Assembly (NCBI GenBank): GCA_963777155.1
Contig: CAVZPM010000035.1
Coordinates: forward strand, 11,376 to 75,375
Direction: 5' to 3'
From: Candidatus Bathyarchaeota archaeon
GTDB taxonomy: Archaea; Thermoproteota; Bathyarchaeia; Bathyarchaeales; Bathycorpusculaceae
Length of the DNA: 64,000 nt
This document shows, one piece after another, positions 1 through 10,052 of this stretch; the first letter of the stretch is position 1; each line of letters opens with the position of its first letter. The notes below the pieces were generated by a model. It saw nothing but the letters and a program-made list of their open reading frames with translations. It made no database searches and was not told the origin of the DNA. The position numbers and the translations under genes were made by a program.

Positions 1-655
1 ACCTGACAAGCCGCCTTTTATGTTGCTTAAAACTGGGCGCATCGTATCAACATCAATTGCTACGGCTTTAACAGAGTTTACCGCCGTCAAAACATCCGCC
101 CCCGATTCAATCGCTTCCTTAGCCAGCACCGTTATATCAGCCACGTTGGGTGACAACTTCACAATCAAAGGTTTGCTGATTGCCGCCTTAACCGTCTGCA
201 CTACTTCTCCAAGCAGTTTTGGACTCTGACCAATCTCCGCGCCCGTCTGCTTAACATGCGGACATGAAACATTTAGCTCAACTGCATCGGCGCCTGCCTG
301 AATCGCCTTTTTAGCCACTGTCGCGTATTCTTCTGCTGAGTAGCCGAAGACGCTTACGATGACGGGCACATGTAGAACGGTCTTGGAAAAACGGATCTCT
401 TCAGCGTAAACGTCGATTCCCGGGATTAGGCAACCCCATAGCATTAATGAGACCACCTTCGGCTTGAACCACCGTCGGGTTGGAGTAACCCATCCTAGGT
501 GCTATACCAACAGATTTTGTAACGACCGCACCAGCGCCACCCTTGGCTACGCGGTTTAGGGATTCAGTAGAATACCCCAGAATTCCCGAAGCCAGAATCG
601 TAGGGTTTACTAGCTCTAAGCCGGCAAGGCTTATGCTTAACGGATTACTGTTCAA
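1..655 (-). CDS. pyrD: Dihydroorotate dehydrogenase (family 1), runs off the window's left edge; 1-nt frameshift near 420
   Basis: N-terminus NPTILASG...GAVVTKS...NPT...INAMGLPNPG; continues in another frame (IDVYAEE...ELNVSCPH...KLSPNV). Confidence 0.92.
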
Positions 656-838
656 ATAAATTCACCGTACAATCTAGGTAATACTTTTAGTAAGATAAAG
701 CTTCTTTTTGCACTTTAAGCAGATTTTAAAAGTGTCTCAATATTATCTTCTTTATGTCTAATTTGACGCCTCAAAGATTGAGTACACTGTTTTTTATGAA
801 AAAAGAAAAAAGAGGGCTTATCCAAACGTTAAAGCCGT

Positions 839-889
839 TTATTTCTTCTTTTTAACTTTTTTATCGACCTTTTTTGGAGCTTTCGCCAC
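839..889 (-). CDS. Putative 16-aa Lys-rich micropeptide MAKAPKKVDKKVKKKK
   Basis: GTG start 7 nt after GAGGT (897-901), upstream TATA-like TTTTAAATA, downstream GGCTT/AAGCC hairpin plus T-tract; below ORF-track cutoff. Confidence 0.55.
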   Translation of the reverse strand: MAKAPKKVDKKVKKKK

Positions 890-1111
890 GCTAATAACCT
901 CAAAGTTACATTTGAGCCCATTTTGTATTTAAAATTTGCTAACAGTTAAATAGGCTGCCTCAACTAACAAACCGTCTCAAAAATAGGCGCTATTGCAAAA
1001 ATAAGGTTAAAAATAGACAAATTGTAGCGACGATTTGACCATGATTTCTAACCGTGCAATTTTTACATTTATCTGTTAAATATCAAAAACTAAAAATTCG
1101 TAAAACAACAT

Positions 1112-1510
1112 TCAACAAACCAGCGTTAAATCAACATCTAAATCCTTAAACAATAAATCCTCCAGCGCCGAAGCAATTTTCAGGCAACAACCATATGACT
1201 GCTTTTTGAGCTTTCGAACCAGACGAATGTACTGCGCCAACGTACCCATAATTATGATATCGGTGTTCGTCTCTTCAAACTTGCCAACCGTTCCAGCGAC
1301 TGCAACGTCGCCACCTCGGGAGAGCATCTCTTGTTTGATAATATTTGCTGTTTTAGGATCCACTGCTTCAAACTTGACTAGGCGAAAAATTGCTTTTAAC
1401 GCCATTATTTGGACTCCGATGGGGTGAACATTAATTTTGTTTAGTTCAGCTTGGACCTGACATAGGTTGTCGATTTTTAGTAGTTTTGGTGTGGGGTTCA
1501 TAGGTTCCAA
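1112..1510 (-). CDS. Stand-alone protein resembling the N-terminal extension domain of long dihydropteroate synthases
   Basis: Motif GVQIMALKA...ANIIKQEMLSRGGDVAV...IIIMGT recalls the N-terminal domain of extended FolP; lies next to pterin genes. Confidence 0.6.
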   Translation of the reverse strand: MEPMNPTPKLLKIDNLCQVQAELNKINVHPIGVQIMALKAIFRLVKFEAVDPKTANIIKQEMLSRGGDVAVAGTVGKFEETNTDIIIMGTLAQYIRLVRKLKKQSYGCCLKIASALEDLLFKDLDVDLTLVC

Positions 1511-1653
1511 TTATTTTTTGGTGATTTAAACGTTGGTGGTTTTGACGGCGATGTGAAATGTTTGTTTGGCGCACAAGCGGTTGTCGTTATGGAAAGTTTT
1601 ATTAGGCTGTGTAAAAATTTACATAGCATTGCAAAAAATTAACGGTGAAAAAC

Positions 1654-2446
1654 ATGAGCAGCCTCAGACACCTGAACCGAAACACCAAAGCAATAGCCGC
1701 AATCGCAATTTTCTCAGCCCTATACGCAGCCCTAAGAATCATACCCACAGTTCCCATGATAGGAACAGGAGCAACATTCCACCTCTCAGACATACTTGCT
1801 CCATTATTCGGTATTCTGTTAGGACCATACGTAGGCGGAGTAAGCATAATAATAGGCACTTTTGCCGCAATAGGCTGGGAACTCCAGTACCATTTTTTGG
1901 ATTGGATTTCCTTCCAGCATTCGTTGTGGCAGTATCCCTTAGGATTCTTAGTAAGAGGGAAATGGTTACCCGTAGTAGTTCTAAACGCTCTTTTGCTTGT
2001 ATTCTATGCAGTAAACCCATTGACATCAAACTTTATCGTTACCCCATGGGGCACAATTCCATACCTTTGGATGCACATCGCAGCCTTCATTGTTCTAATT
2101 TCACCACTAGGACACAGAGCAGGACAATGGGTTAAAAGTGAAACAACGCTAATTACAGCAGGATTCGTCATTCTTGCTTTCATTGGCACAATGATGCAAC
2201 ATCTAACAGGAGGCATCTTGTACGAAATCGTATTTGGGCAACTCACGCATACTGTCCTGACAAAGCTGCTTATCCCAGACATCTGGAACATTCGTGTTTT
2301 ACATTTACCCTTGGGAACGTTTAGCCTTAATTATAGGCGCAGTAATTGTTGGTGTTCCAGTGACTAGAATTCTCATAAAGACTCTTTTCCCTCCAGATAC
2401 CAAACCAGTTTCTGAAGCAAAACCAGACATAGCCAAACCTTTGTAA
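1654..2446 (+). CDS. ECF-transporter S-component-like membrane protein (several frameshifts)
   Basis: AIAIFSALYAAL...GILLGPYVGG hydrophobic pattern; GGTGA RBS before ATG 1654; pieces lie in different frames, last one ends at TAA 2446. Confidence 0.65.
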
Positions 2447-2469
2447 TAATTACCCAAAATTATTTTCTT

Positions 2470-4048
2470 CTATTTTTTGAATAATTCCTTGTCCTGAATG
2501 TACTCTTTTCCTGTTCTCAGAGCAATTTCAGCTTTGGCCAGTTCACTGCCCAAGTAAGCCGCATGATCTAACCTTGACACCAAACCCATTTCTACGATTT
2601 TGATAAAAACTCTATCAGCAGTTTCGCCTTTAACAACGTTAACGGGCTTATCCATCTGGGTTGAATCGTAGTAGATTGCAACCAAAACCCCTTCTGCGCG
2701 ATCTATAGATATTTTGAACATGCCCAAGGAATCCAAAGTAGCAGGCTCTAACTTCCCAGGTGCATCCACAACTTTCGCACCTACCTCGAGTTTTTTGTCA
2801 TAAGGTTCCTCGTGAACGCGTTTGTCTTTGAGGATAAGGAGATCTAAGCCGAGGTCTTTGGGAACTGAACCGCGTTTCTTCGCTAAGAACATCATTTTGG
2901 CGGCTACGACTTCTTCAGCTACAGTTCCTTTTGCTTTGTCGCTTTTCTCTGTGGCTAATAGGATGCTTGCGTCGACTTCTTGGGATAAACGGATGAGCAA
3001 AGCGTTAACGCCCACCGAGTCCGCATCCATTAGTTCAGTAACGTTTGAAACTCCAACAAAAAGTGGCACGTCTGGGTTCCTTGCGGCAAACTCTTTGAAG
3101 GCGATAAATGATTCTAAGATGTCTGTGGGTTCTAAAATTAAATCTGCAAGACAGCGGGAAACTCCGAGTAACTTGGCTTTAGCAATTATTCCCTCAAGGT
3201 ATTTGACCCGTTCGTGGGCTCTCTTTGGGAAGTAACCTTCCCGCTGGTTAGTGGGAATAATAACTACCGCAGCTTTTTTGGCGTAAGGTGCAATTTCTTC
3301 TATGTTTCCCGCGTCTCCGCTTAGTACAAGTTCTGCTCCTGCCTCAATTGCTGCCTTAATCTCAGCCGGATCCAGCGTGTCTATACTTACGGGTACATCT
3401 ACAACCTGTTTAACCCAGTTGACAATGCGTTTTGCCTTGTCTGGCTGGGATTCACCTGCAATCATGCCTACATCAATCAGGTTCGCTCCTGCCTTAACGA
3501 ATCGTTTTGCTGTCTGTTGGATTGTTTCCTTATCCATCAAAGCGGCATCAACGATTTCGGCTAAGACCCTCATGGGAAAGTCTTTACCGACCGCTAAATC
3601 ACCAATCAACATGCTACTGGGTTTCTTAAGCAGGGCCTGCACGATCTTTCTCGGTTTTTTCGATTTCTTGAAGGGCTAGCTTTTGGAGTTTTTCGCGGAG
3701 TAAATCGTCCGCAGGTTCGGTTGTTGAGAGTTGAGTATCGCAAAGGGAATCTAAAATTACTGGGAGGTCGGCGGCATACCTTGGACCCTTAAAGGCTGCA
3801 ACCCCTGTCGCTTTTGATATAATACTTGTGTCTCCGCGGACCAAACCGGGAACTAAAATCGCGTTAAAATCTGTCAATTTCTTGTCTGTTAGGGCGTTAG
3901 CGATGGCTTGAGGAGTCAGAAACGCGGCGACAGCAATCTTGAGTGCCAGTGTCTCCGTTTCAACGTTGCTGGCTTGAGCATAGTGCCGAACAGTCTCCTT
4001 CGCTAACTGACCAGTGACTAAAAGAACCTTCAAAGCTCTAAACCTCAA
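2470..4048 (-). CDS. Archaeal dihydropteroate synthase-like protein (pterin-binding barrel plus C-terminal DUF4346-like domain), frameshift near 3635
   Basis: ORFs 3626-4048 and 2470-3642 join; GANLIDVG, VPVSIDT, GVSNVTELMDADSVGVNALL, SRLDHAAYLGSELAKAE...YIQD. Confidence 0.85.
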
Positions 4049-4991
4049 GCATCTTTATGGTTGCGCCTCGGTTGTTTGCCTTCGCGATGTAAGCTTCGCC
4101 GCCTACACTTCTGTGTAGATATGCTTTGACTTGGGCGAGGGTTTGTTTGGCTTCTTCTTGTTTCACTACAGCGTAGAGTGCTGGTCCCCAAGAACTCTGT
4201 CCAACCCCGTAGGCACCAGTTTTTTTCATGAATTCAATACATTCTGCAGCAGCTGGGCTGGAATATGTTCCACCTTGAGCTTGAGCAAAGTGATTTCCAG
4301 TTAGAACTTGAATTCTTGTTAATGCTTCGCCAAAGGCTTCAATGTCATATTCAGCAAGAGCAGGTAAAAGTTTCAACATTACTAATCGACAAATTTGCCC
4401 AACGTCTTCTGAGGGCATTTTGGTTAGTTTTTGGAAAGCGTGGTTTTCTTCAGAGTTGGATAAGCCTTCTTTAGAGTTTGGAACGGCTACGATAAAACGC
4501 CATTTGGTAGGGAAGGGTTGACGGTAAATAAGGGGTGGAAAGCTTTGGGTTTTCTGGTTCTTGCCTCCGTCCACCACGAACCCGCCAAATTGGAATATTG
4601 TTGTACCAACAGCGGTTCGCTTTGCTCGCCCCATTGCAACAGCTAACTCGGGAACGGAAGCTTTCACGTCAAAGAGTTTTGCGAGGGCAACTGCTATGGC
4701 TATGGACAATTGGGTTCCTGACCCCAAGCCGATGTGCGGTGGAATCGCTTCCACGACGTTTATGCTTGCTTTGGGTTGTATGTGGTAGGTGGAAAAGAAT
4801 TTTTGGGCGAAACAGTTTGCGAGTTCGACTTCTTGCCCTTTTATCTCGAAGTTTGAGGAGTTTTGGGCTTCTATGTTAACATTTGGACGGTCTATACCTA
4901 CGCCTAATCCGCCGAACATACGTCCCAAGTCGCCGTTCATATCGATCAGTCCCAAATGCAATCTGGCAGGAGTTTTTACGATGACTCTCAC
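4038..4991 (-). CDS. mptG: Beta-ribofuranosylaminobenzene 5'-phosphate (RFAP) synthase, GHMP family
   Basis: TPARLHLGLID, PPHIGLGSGTQ, GGFVVDGG, GQSSWGP motifs. Confidence 0.88.
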   Translation of the reverse strand: MRVIVKTPARLHLGLIDMNGDLGRMFGGLGVGIDRPNVNIEAQNSSNFEIKGQEVELANCFAQKFFSTYHIQPKASINVVEAIPPHIGLGSGTQLSIAIAVALAKLFDVKASVPELAVAMGRAKRTAVGTTIFQFGGFVVDGGKNQKTQSFPPLIYRQPFPTKWRFIVAVPNSKEGLSNSEENHAFQKLTKMPSEDVGQICRLVMLKLLPALAEYDIEAFGEALTRIQVLTGNHFAQAQGGTYSSPAAAECIEFMKKTGAYGVGQSSWGPALYAVVKQEEAKQTLAQVKAYLHRSVGGEAYIAKANNRGATIKMLEV

Positions 4992-5638
4992 AGCTTAACT
5001 CTCCAAGAATCAATTCTACATTGCAAATCCTCGAACACTGCTGTATACTCACTATTTGGGGCGACGCGTCCTACTACATAAGCATGGTTTTGTATTGTTT
5101 CAATTAGTTCAGATGCTTCTTTCTGTTTCTCTGGGAGGTTGATGAATGCTTTAACCCGGGTTGCATGAGTTATTGCTTCCAAGGTTAAGGGCATTGCACG
5201 ACAGTAGACTTGAGGAAACTGGGCATCTGTAGTTATACGCTCAACTTTACATGAAAACCGTGTCCTTTCTTTGCCATCGTGTTCCAAATGAGTAACAGAA
5301 ACTTCGACCACAGCATCCGCAGAACGCAACTTCGGCGCTTCGACAACGTCTGCTTTGACAAACCAATCCGCTGGGACTTTTCCGTTATGGTTTGCCTCTT
5401 TAAAAGTGGATTTGTAGAAAACTTCTATGTCACTTGTTAAGTTAACAATAGCGCACTTTTTTTCTTTGAGATTGCGACATGTTAAGGAAGTATTAAATAT
5501 GCTCATCGATAGGTGCTGTTCATCCAATAATTTGAGGCCCATTGGCGCGGCGTTTGATGTTCCGTCAGGGTTATATGTGGAAACTATCGTTTCACAACAC
5601 ACGCCTTTTTTAAACCCTAAATCGGTTAATTTTGCCAT
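4988..5638 (-). CDS. DUF447 family protein (split-barrel; associated with methanopterin genes)
   Basis: ETIVSTYNPDG...NAAPMG, T.RNL, EAITHATR; overlaps the mptG start. Confidence 0.75.
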   Translation of the reverse strand: MAKLTDLGFKKGVCCETIVSTYNPDGTSNAAPMGLKLLDEQHLSMSIFNTSLTCRNLKEKKCAIVNLTSDIEVFYKSTFKEANHNGKVPADWFVKADVVEAPKLRSADAVVEVSVTHLEHDGKERTRFSCKVERITTDAQFPQVYCRAMPLTLEAITHATRVKAFINLPEKQKEASELIETIQNHAYVVGRVAPNSEYTAVFEDLQCRIDSWRVKL

Positions 5639-5879
5639 TCAAACCAACCTAAGCCTTTTTAGAAGGTCATATGCACCTTTTTTCAACCGAATGTAAATTT
5701 TCACAGTCGAATAATAAAGTTTTGCCGAGCAAACACCGCTCCTCAATTGATAATGCCAGAGTTGAATAGTGATTGATGCAAAGTTTTTAAAGCATAAAAT
5801 ATCTATTCAATTAGGAGCAAAAATTTTGAGGGCTCTCTTGATTGAGAACCCATTGCTTTTCGGTGGTCTAAGAAATCAA

Positions 5880-7253
5880 ATGGCAGTTAAGGTAGCTTTA
5901 GTTTACCCCTATTTTCATCCAGCAAATGATAATTCAATCTTCCGTTTTCCACCTTTAGGTTTAGGTTACATTGCAGGGGCACTAAAGAAACGTGGTGTTG
6001 AGGTGGAGTTGGTCGACTGTACTTTTATGAAGTTCAGGGAAGCTGTCGACAGGATAAAGCGTGCCAAACCAAAGATTGTAGGGTTCTACTCGATGTTTTC
6101 GATGAAAAAAACCACCTTGGATCTCGCACAGTGTCTTAGGAAGGAGGGATTGGAGGATTCTTTGTTCATAGTGGGTGGTCCCTTGCCTTCATGGGCACCT
6201 GATGGCTTTCTAGAATCCTTTGATGTCGTTGCTGTCGGGGAAGGTGAACAAACCATGTCTGAACTAGTTGAATGCGTCGAGCAGGGAAAAGAGTTTTCAG
6301 GCGTGAAGGGGCTTATCTTCCATGAGGGTAATCGCATCGTCAACACTGGACCAAGAGAGTTCATACAAGAATTGGACAGTTTATCCACTCCAACCCGTGA
6401 ACTGTTCGATAATGAAGCTTACAAAAATTATTACCTCGAGCACTTTGGCTATTCAACCACCTCCATGATAACCTCACGTGGCTGCCCGTTTTCCTGCGAT
6501 TTCTGCAGTCGACCAATCTTTGGCGCAGACATGAGAAGCCGCTCAGTAAATAACATTGTCAGCGAGATGGAAGAGATTGCAGCGTTGGGTTATGACCGTG
6601 TTTGGTTTGCTGATGACTGTTTCACCTTAAACCGTAATCATCTGTTGGATGTCTGCAGAGAAATCGTTCGTCGAGGGGTTAAGGTTGGGTGGGAGTGTTT
6701 GTCTAGAGTGGACACAATGGATGCTGAGGTTGCCGAGGGCATGAAACGCGCTGGTTGCATCGGAGTGTTCTTCGGCATAGAATCAGGCAACGACTCAGTT
6801 TTGGGTTTTATGAACAAACACATCTCAACCGCGCAGGCAAAAAAGGCCGTTTATGCAGCTAAGGCGTCTGGACTTAAAGTTGGCGCTTTCTTCATCGTTG
6901 GATACCCTGGCGAGAACAACAAAACGGTGCTTGATACTGTGCGTTTTGCTTCAGGTTTGCCGCTTGACTACTTATCCTTCACGTTGCCGTATCCCATTCC
7001 TGGAACTCCGCTCTATGAGCGAGTGAAAGATCATGGCGTTTCTATTGAGGATTGGGAGGAGCCTAAAAACTACCGTTTAATCCGCCATAAGTTGCTGTAT
7101 GCTTCGGGTTTTAGTGAGGGCAAGCTGAAGTTTGCTATTGGGAAAGCGCAGGCGCAGTTTTATGGCAGGAGATACCTTGGGAAGATGGGGTATGGCGTGT
7201 TGGGTTGGCCATTTGAGCGTTTGACTGATTTTGCGTTTGAATTGATGCATTAG
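5880..7253 (+). CDS. Cobalamin-binding radical SAM protein (class B-type)
   Basis: PPLGLGYIA, GGP, GEGE, TSRGCPFSCDFC, FADDCF, GIESG, PIPGTPLY; likely start ATG 5880. Confidence 0.9.
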   Translation: MAVKVALVYPYFHPANDNSIFRFPPLGLGYIAGALKKRGVEVELVDCTFMKFREAVDRIKRAKPKIVGFYSMFSMKKTTLDLAQCLRKEGLEDSLFIVGGPLPSWAPDGFLESFDVVAVGEGEQTMSELVECVEQGKEFSGVKGLIFHEGNRIVNTGPREFIQELDSLSTPTRELFDNEAYKNYYLEHFGYSTTSMITSRGCPFSCDFCSRPIFGADMRSRSVNNIVSEMEEIAALGYDRVWFADDCFTLNRNHLLDVCREIVRRGVKVGWECLSRVDTMDAEVAEGMKRAGCIGVFFGIESGNDSVLGFMNKHISTAQAKKAVYAAKASGLKVGAFFIVGYPGENNKTVLDTVRFASGLPLDYLSFTLPYPIPGTPLYERVKDHGVSIEDWEEPKNYRLIRHKLLYASGFSEGKLKFAIGKAQAQFYGRRYLGKMGYGVLGWPFERLTDFAFELMH

Positions 7254-7297
7254 TGGATGATTTGTAGGATGTTCGACGATGTGACGTACCCGCAAGC

Positions 7298-7318
7298 TAT
7301 ATATCATTATGATATATA
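7298..7318. promoter_or_regulatory. Perfect palindrome, probable PadR operator
   Basis: TATATATCAT-T-ATGATATATA ending 24 nt upstream of the padR start. Confidence 0.6.
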
Positions 7319-7342
7319 ATAGAATGCTATAAGGCGAAACCA

Positions 7343-7906
7343 ATGAAAGACAACAACGCAACCTACGTCCTCCTTGGACTCCTAAGCCACAACCCAATGA
7401 CCGGATACGACATTAAAAAAGCCGTCGCTACCCGAATGAGCTACTTCTGGGACCTAAGCTACGGACAAATCTACCCCACCCTCAAACACCTCGAAAAAAA
7501 CAAACTCATAACTAAACAGGTAAAAAACAACCCCAATGGACCCACCCGAAAAGTCTACACCATAACCGAAGCAGGCATCAAAGAACTCCAAGCCTGGCTC
7601 ACCAAACCAGCAAAGAAAGAAGTACACAAATACGAATTCCTCCTCAAACTAATCTTTGGTGACCAAGCCCCTCCGGAACTAAATCAAAAACACATCGAAG
7701 AATTCAAGGAGAGAAACCAAAAAATCCTCCAAACCATGAACGCCTTCGAAGAAAACCTAAAACCCATCATTAACCAAAGCGAGTCCCACTACTACGTGCT
7801 TTTAACGATTCAGCTTGGCAAGAGCATTTCTAAAGCCAGCGTAGAGTGGGCAAATAACACGTTAAAGATTTTCCAAGAACATAAGCTTGGAGGTGAAAAA
7901 CTTTGA
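7343..7906 (+). CDS. PadR/AphA-family transcriptional regulator
   Basis: LLGLL...MTGYDIKK...SYGQIYPTLKHLE...RKVYTITEAG. Confidence 0.92.
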   Translation: MKDNNATYVLLGLLSHNPMTGYDIKKAVATRMSYFWDLSYGQIYPTLKHLEKNKLITKQVKNNPNGPTRKVYTITEAGIKELQAWLTKPAKKEVHKYEFLLKLIFGDQAPPELNQKHIEEFKERNQKILQTMNAFEENLKPIINQSESHYYVLLTIQLGKSISKASVEWANNTLKIFQEHKLGGEKL

Positions 7907-8466
7907 GGTTTTGGCCACAGAAGAAATGGAAGAAGATTTTGTTGACATCCCTGCTGGTCGTTTTAGTGGTTTTGCTGGGCGTCGGAGGCTACCTTGAATA
8001 CAGCGTCTACCGGGAGGTTTCCACCCAAACTGTTGTGTTAAACGCAGATGGCGCCAAAACTGCGTTAGTAATCTATCATCCAGGCTTAACGGATTTTGCC
8101 CGCAATATCACATATGCCTTTGCTGATGGCTTAGTATCCAGCGGTTGGCGTGTAGAAATCGCCACAGCCAGCCCACAAGCTCCAACCAGCCTATCAAACT
8201 ACACATTATTGGTGCTCGGCTGGCCCATATACGACTTTAACCCTGGACCAACAATAACCAACCAAATCCACCGAATGGGAAACCTTAACGGCACAAACAC
8301 CGTGGTAATGGTTATCGCTGGAGGCATGGATCCATTCAATGCGCAGGCAAACATGAAAAAGATTGTGGAGAATGCCAACGGAACAGTGTTAAAGACACTG
8401 CAGGCTTTCCGAGGCGAAGATGCCTGGCAAACGATGCAGAATGAAGCAAGCAAAATAGCTCCTTAG
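7903..8466 (+). CDS. Membrane-anchored flavodoxin-like protein
   Basis: N-terminal basic stretch plus TM helix; ALVIYHPG..T...A, YTLLVLGWPIY flavodoxin-fold pattern. Confidence 0.55.
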   Translation: MRFWPQKKWKKILLTSLLVVLVVLLGVGGYLEYSVYREVSTQTVVLNADGAKTALVIYHPGLTDFARNITYAFADGLVSSGWRVEIATASPQAPTSLSNYTLLVLGWPIYDFNPGPTITNQIHRMGNLNGTNTVVMVIAGGMDPFNAQANMKKIVENANGTVLKTLQAFRGEDAWQTMQNEASKIAP

Positions 8467-8475
8467 TGTGCAACT

Positions 8476-8985
8476 ATGAAGAAACTCTGCACAATCCCCT
8501 CTTTCATCAGTTCGCTACGTGTGTTAGCTCTACCCCTCTTCCTTTACCTTAACAACCAGGCAAACATACTTGCATGTTTAGTTTTGCTTGCGTTTTGTAT
8601 GGTATCAGATTTTCTTGACGGTTACCTTGCCCGAAAAATAAACACAACCTCTCGCTTTGGCGCCTACTACGACGCTACAACCGACTTCATTCTCACGGGA
8701 GGCATTTTTGCCATCTTCTATGCCCAGGGTTACTATCCCTTGTGGCTTCCGTTGCTCATCGCCGTTTCGTTTGCCCAATTCTTGGTAACAGGCTTTTGCA
8801 CTAAGAAAATGTACGACCCAGTCGGGAGATACCTTGGAAGTGCCCTCTACATTGGCATAGTCTTAACATTAGTCTGGCCCATCCAAACGGTTTTTGCTTT
8901 TGTGCAATACGCATTTTTAACTTTCTTCATAGTTTCAATCGCAAGCCGCACAGTAAGCTTAACCCGAAAACAAAAATCGTCTTAA
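8476..8985 (+). CDS. CDP-alcohol phosphatidyltransferase family protein
   Basis: DFLDGYLARK...FGAYYDATTD signature. Confidence 0.88.
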   Translation: MKKLCTIPSFISSLRVLALPLFLYLNNQANILACLVLLAFCMVSDFLDGYLARKINTTSRFGAYYDATTDFILTGGIFAIFYAQGYYPLWLPLLIAVSFAQFLVTGFCTKKMYDPVGRYLGSALYIGIVLTLVWPIQTVFAFVQYAFLTFFIVSIASRTVSLTRKQKSS

Positions 8986-9034
8986 ACTAAATATAGTAAT
9001 CATCAATTATTTCAACACATTTCAGGCGTCCTTA

Positions 9035-10052
9035 TTGCAAGAAAAAAACCCCAGCCCGACAGATTTACCAGTACAGATTCGTGTTTCCGTAGGCACCGCC
9101 ATGATTCTTGGGCTCATAGAAGGCAAATTGGATGCAAAACCCACAACAGCGTACTTGATGACCTACAATCCGGGAAAGTGTACGGCAAACTGTGGCTTCT
9201 GCCCCCAAGCCCGAGAAAGTAAAAGCAGCACCGAGTTTCTCTCGCGAGTCACTTGGCCCACTTTCCAAGACACCAAAGGTCCTAACATCCATCGAAACCG
9301 CGACAAAGGAGGGCAAAATCAAACGCGTCTGTATTCAATCCCTAAACTACCCAGATGTTTTCACCCATTTGGAAGCATTTGTGAAAGAATTAAGAAAGCA
9401 CTCAGCAGTTGCGGTTTCGGTTTCCTGCCAACCTGTAGACCGGAAGGATATCGTACGTTTAGTGGATGCGGGTGTTAACAGGTTGGGCATCGCTTTGGAC
9501 GCTGCCTCTGAAGCTATATTCAATAAAGTCAAAGGCAAAGATGCAGGCGGTAGATATGTTTGGAGAGACCAGTTCCTCCTGCTAAATCAATCCTTGGATG
9601 TTTTGGGTGAGGGAAACGTTAGCACTCATATAATTGTTGGGTTAGGCGAAACCGAAAAAGATGCAGTTAAGGTGATTCAGAGGTGCGTTGACATGGGTGT
9701 TTTGCCGGCGCTCTTTGCTTTTACGCCCGTTCCTGGTACTGCTTTAGAGAAGAATTCGGCGCCGAAAGTCAAAGCGTATAGACGTTTGCAACTTGCACGA
9801 TATATGATTGTCAACGGCAAAACGAGATTTGGAGATATGTCATTTGATGTCGAGGACAAAATCATGGGTTATGGAATCACCAATGAGGTGTTAGATAAGG
9901 AGATAGAAGGCGGCTTGCCTTTCCAAACGTCTGGTTGTCCCGACTGCAACCGCCCCTTCTATAATGAGAAACCAAGTGGACCCATTTACAATTACCCAGC
10001 AAAACTATCTGAAAAAGAAGTTGAAAGAGTAAAAAAACAATTGTTCTCTTAA
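9035..10052 (+). CDS. lipS2: Radical SAM lipoyl synthase subunit, LipS2-like; frameshift near 9265
   Basis: CTANCGFC in the first ORF; C-terminal TSGCPDCNRP matches the TxGCPxC(N/D)RP motif of archaeal LipS2. Confidence 0.75.
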
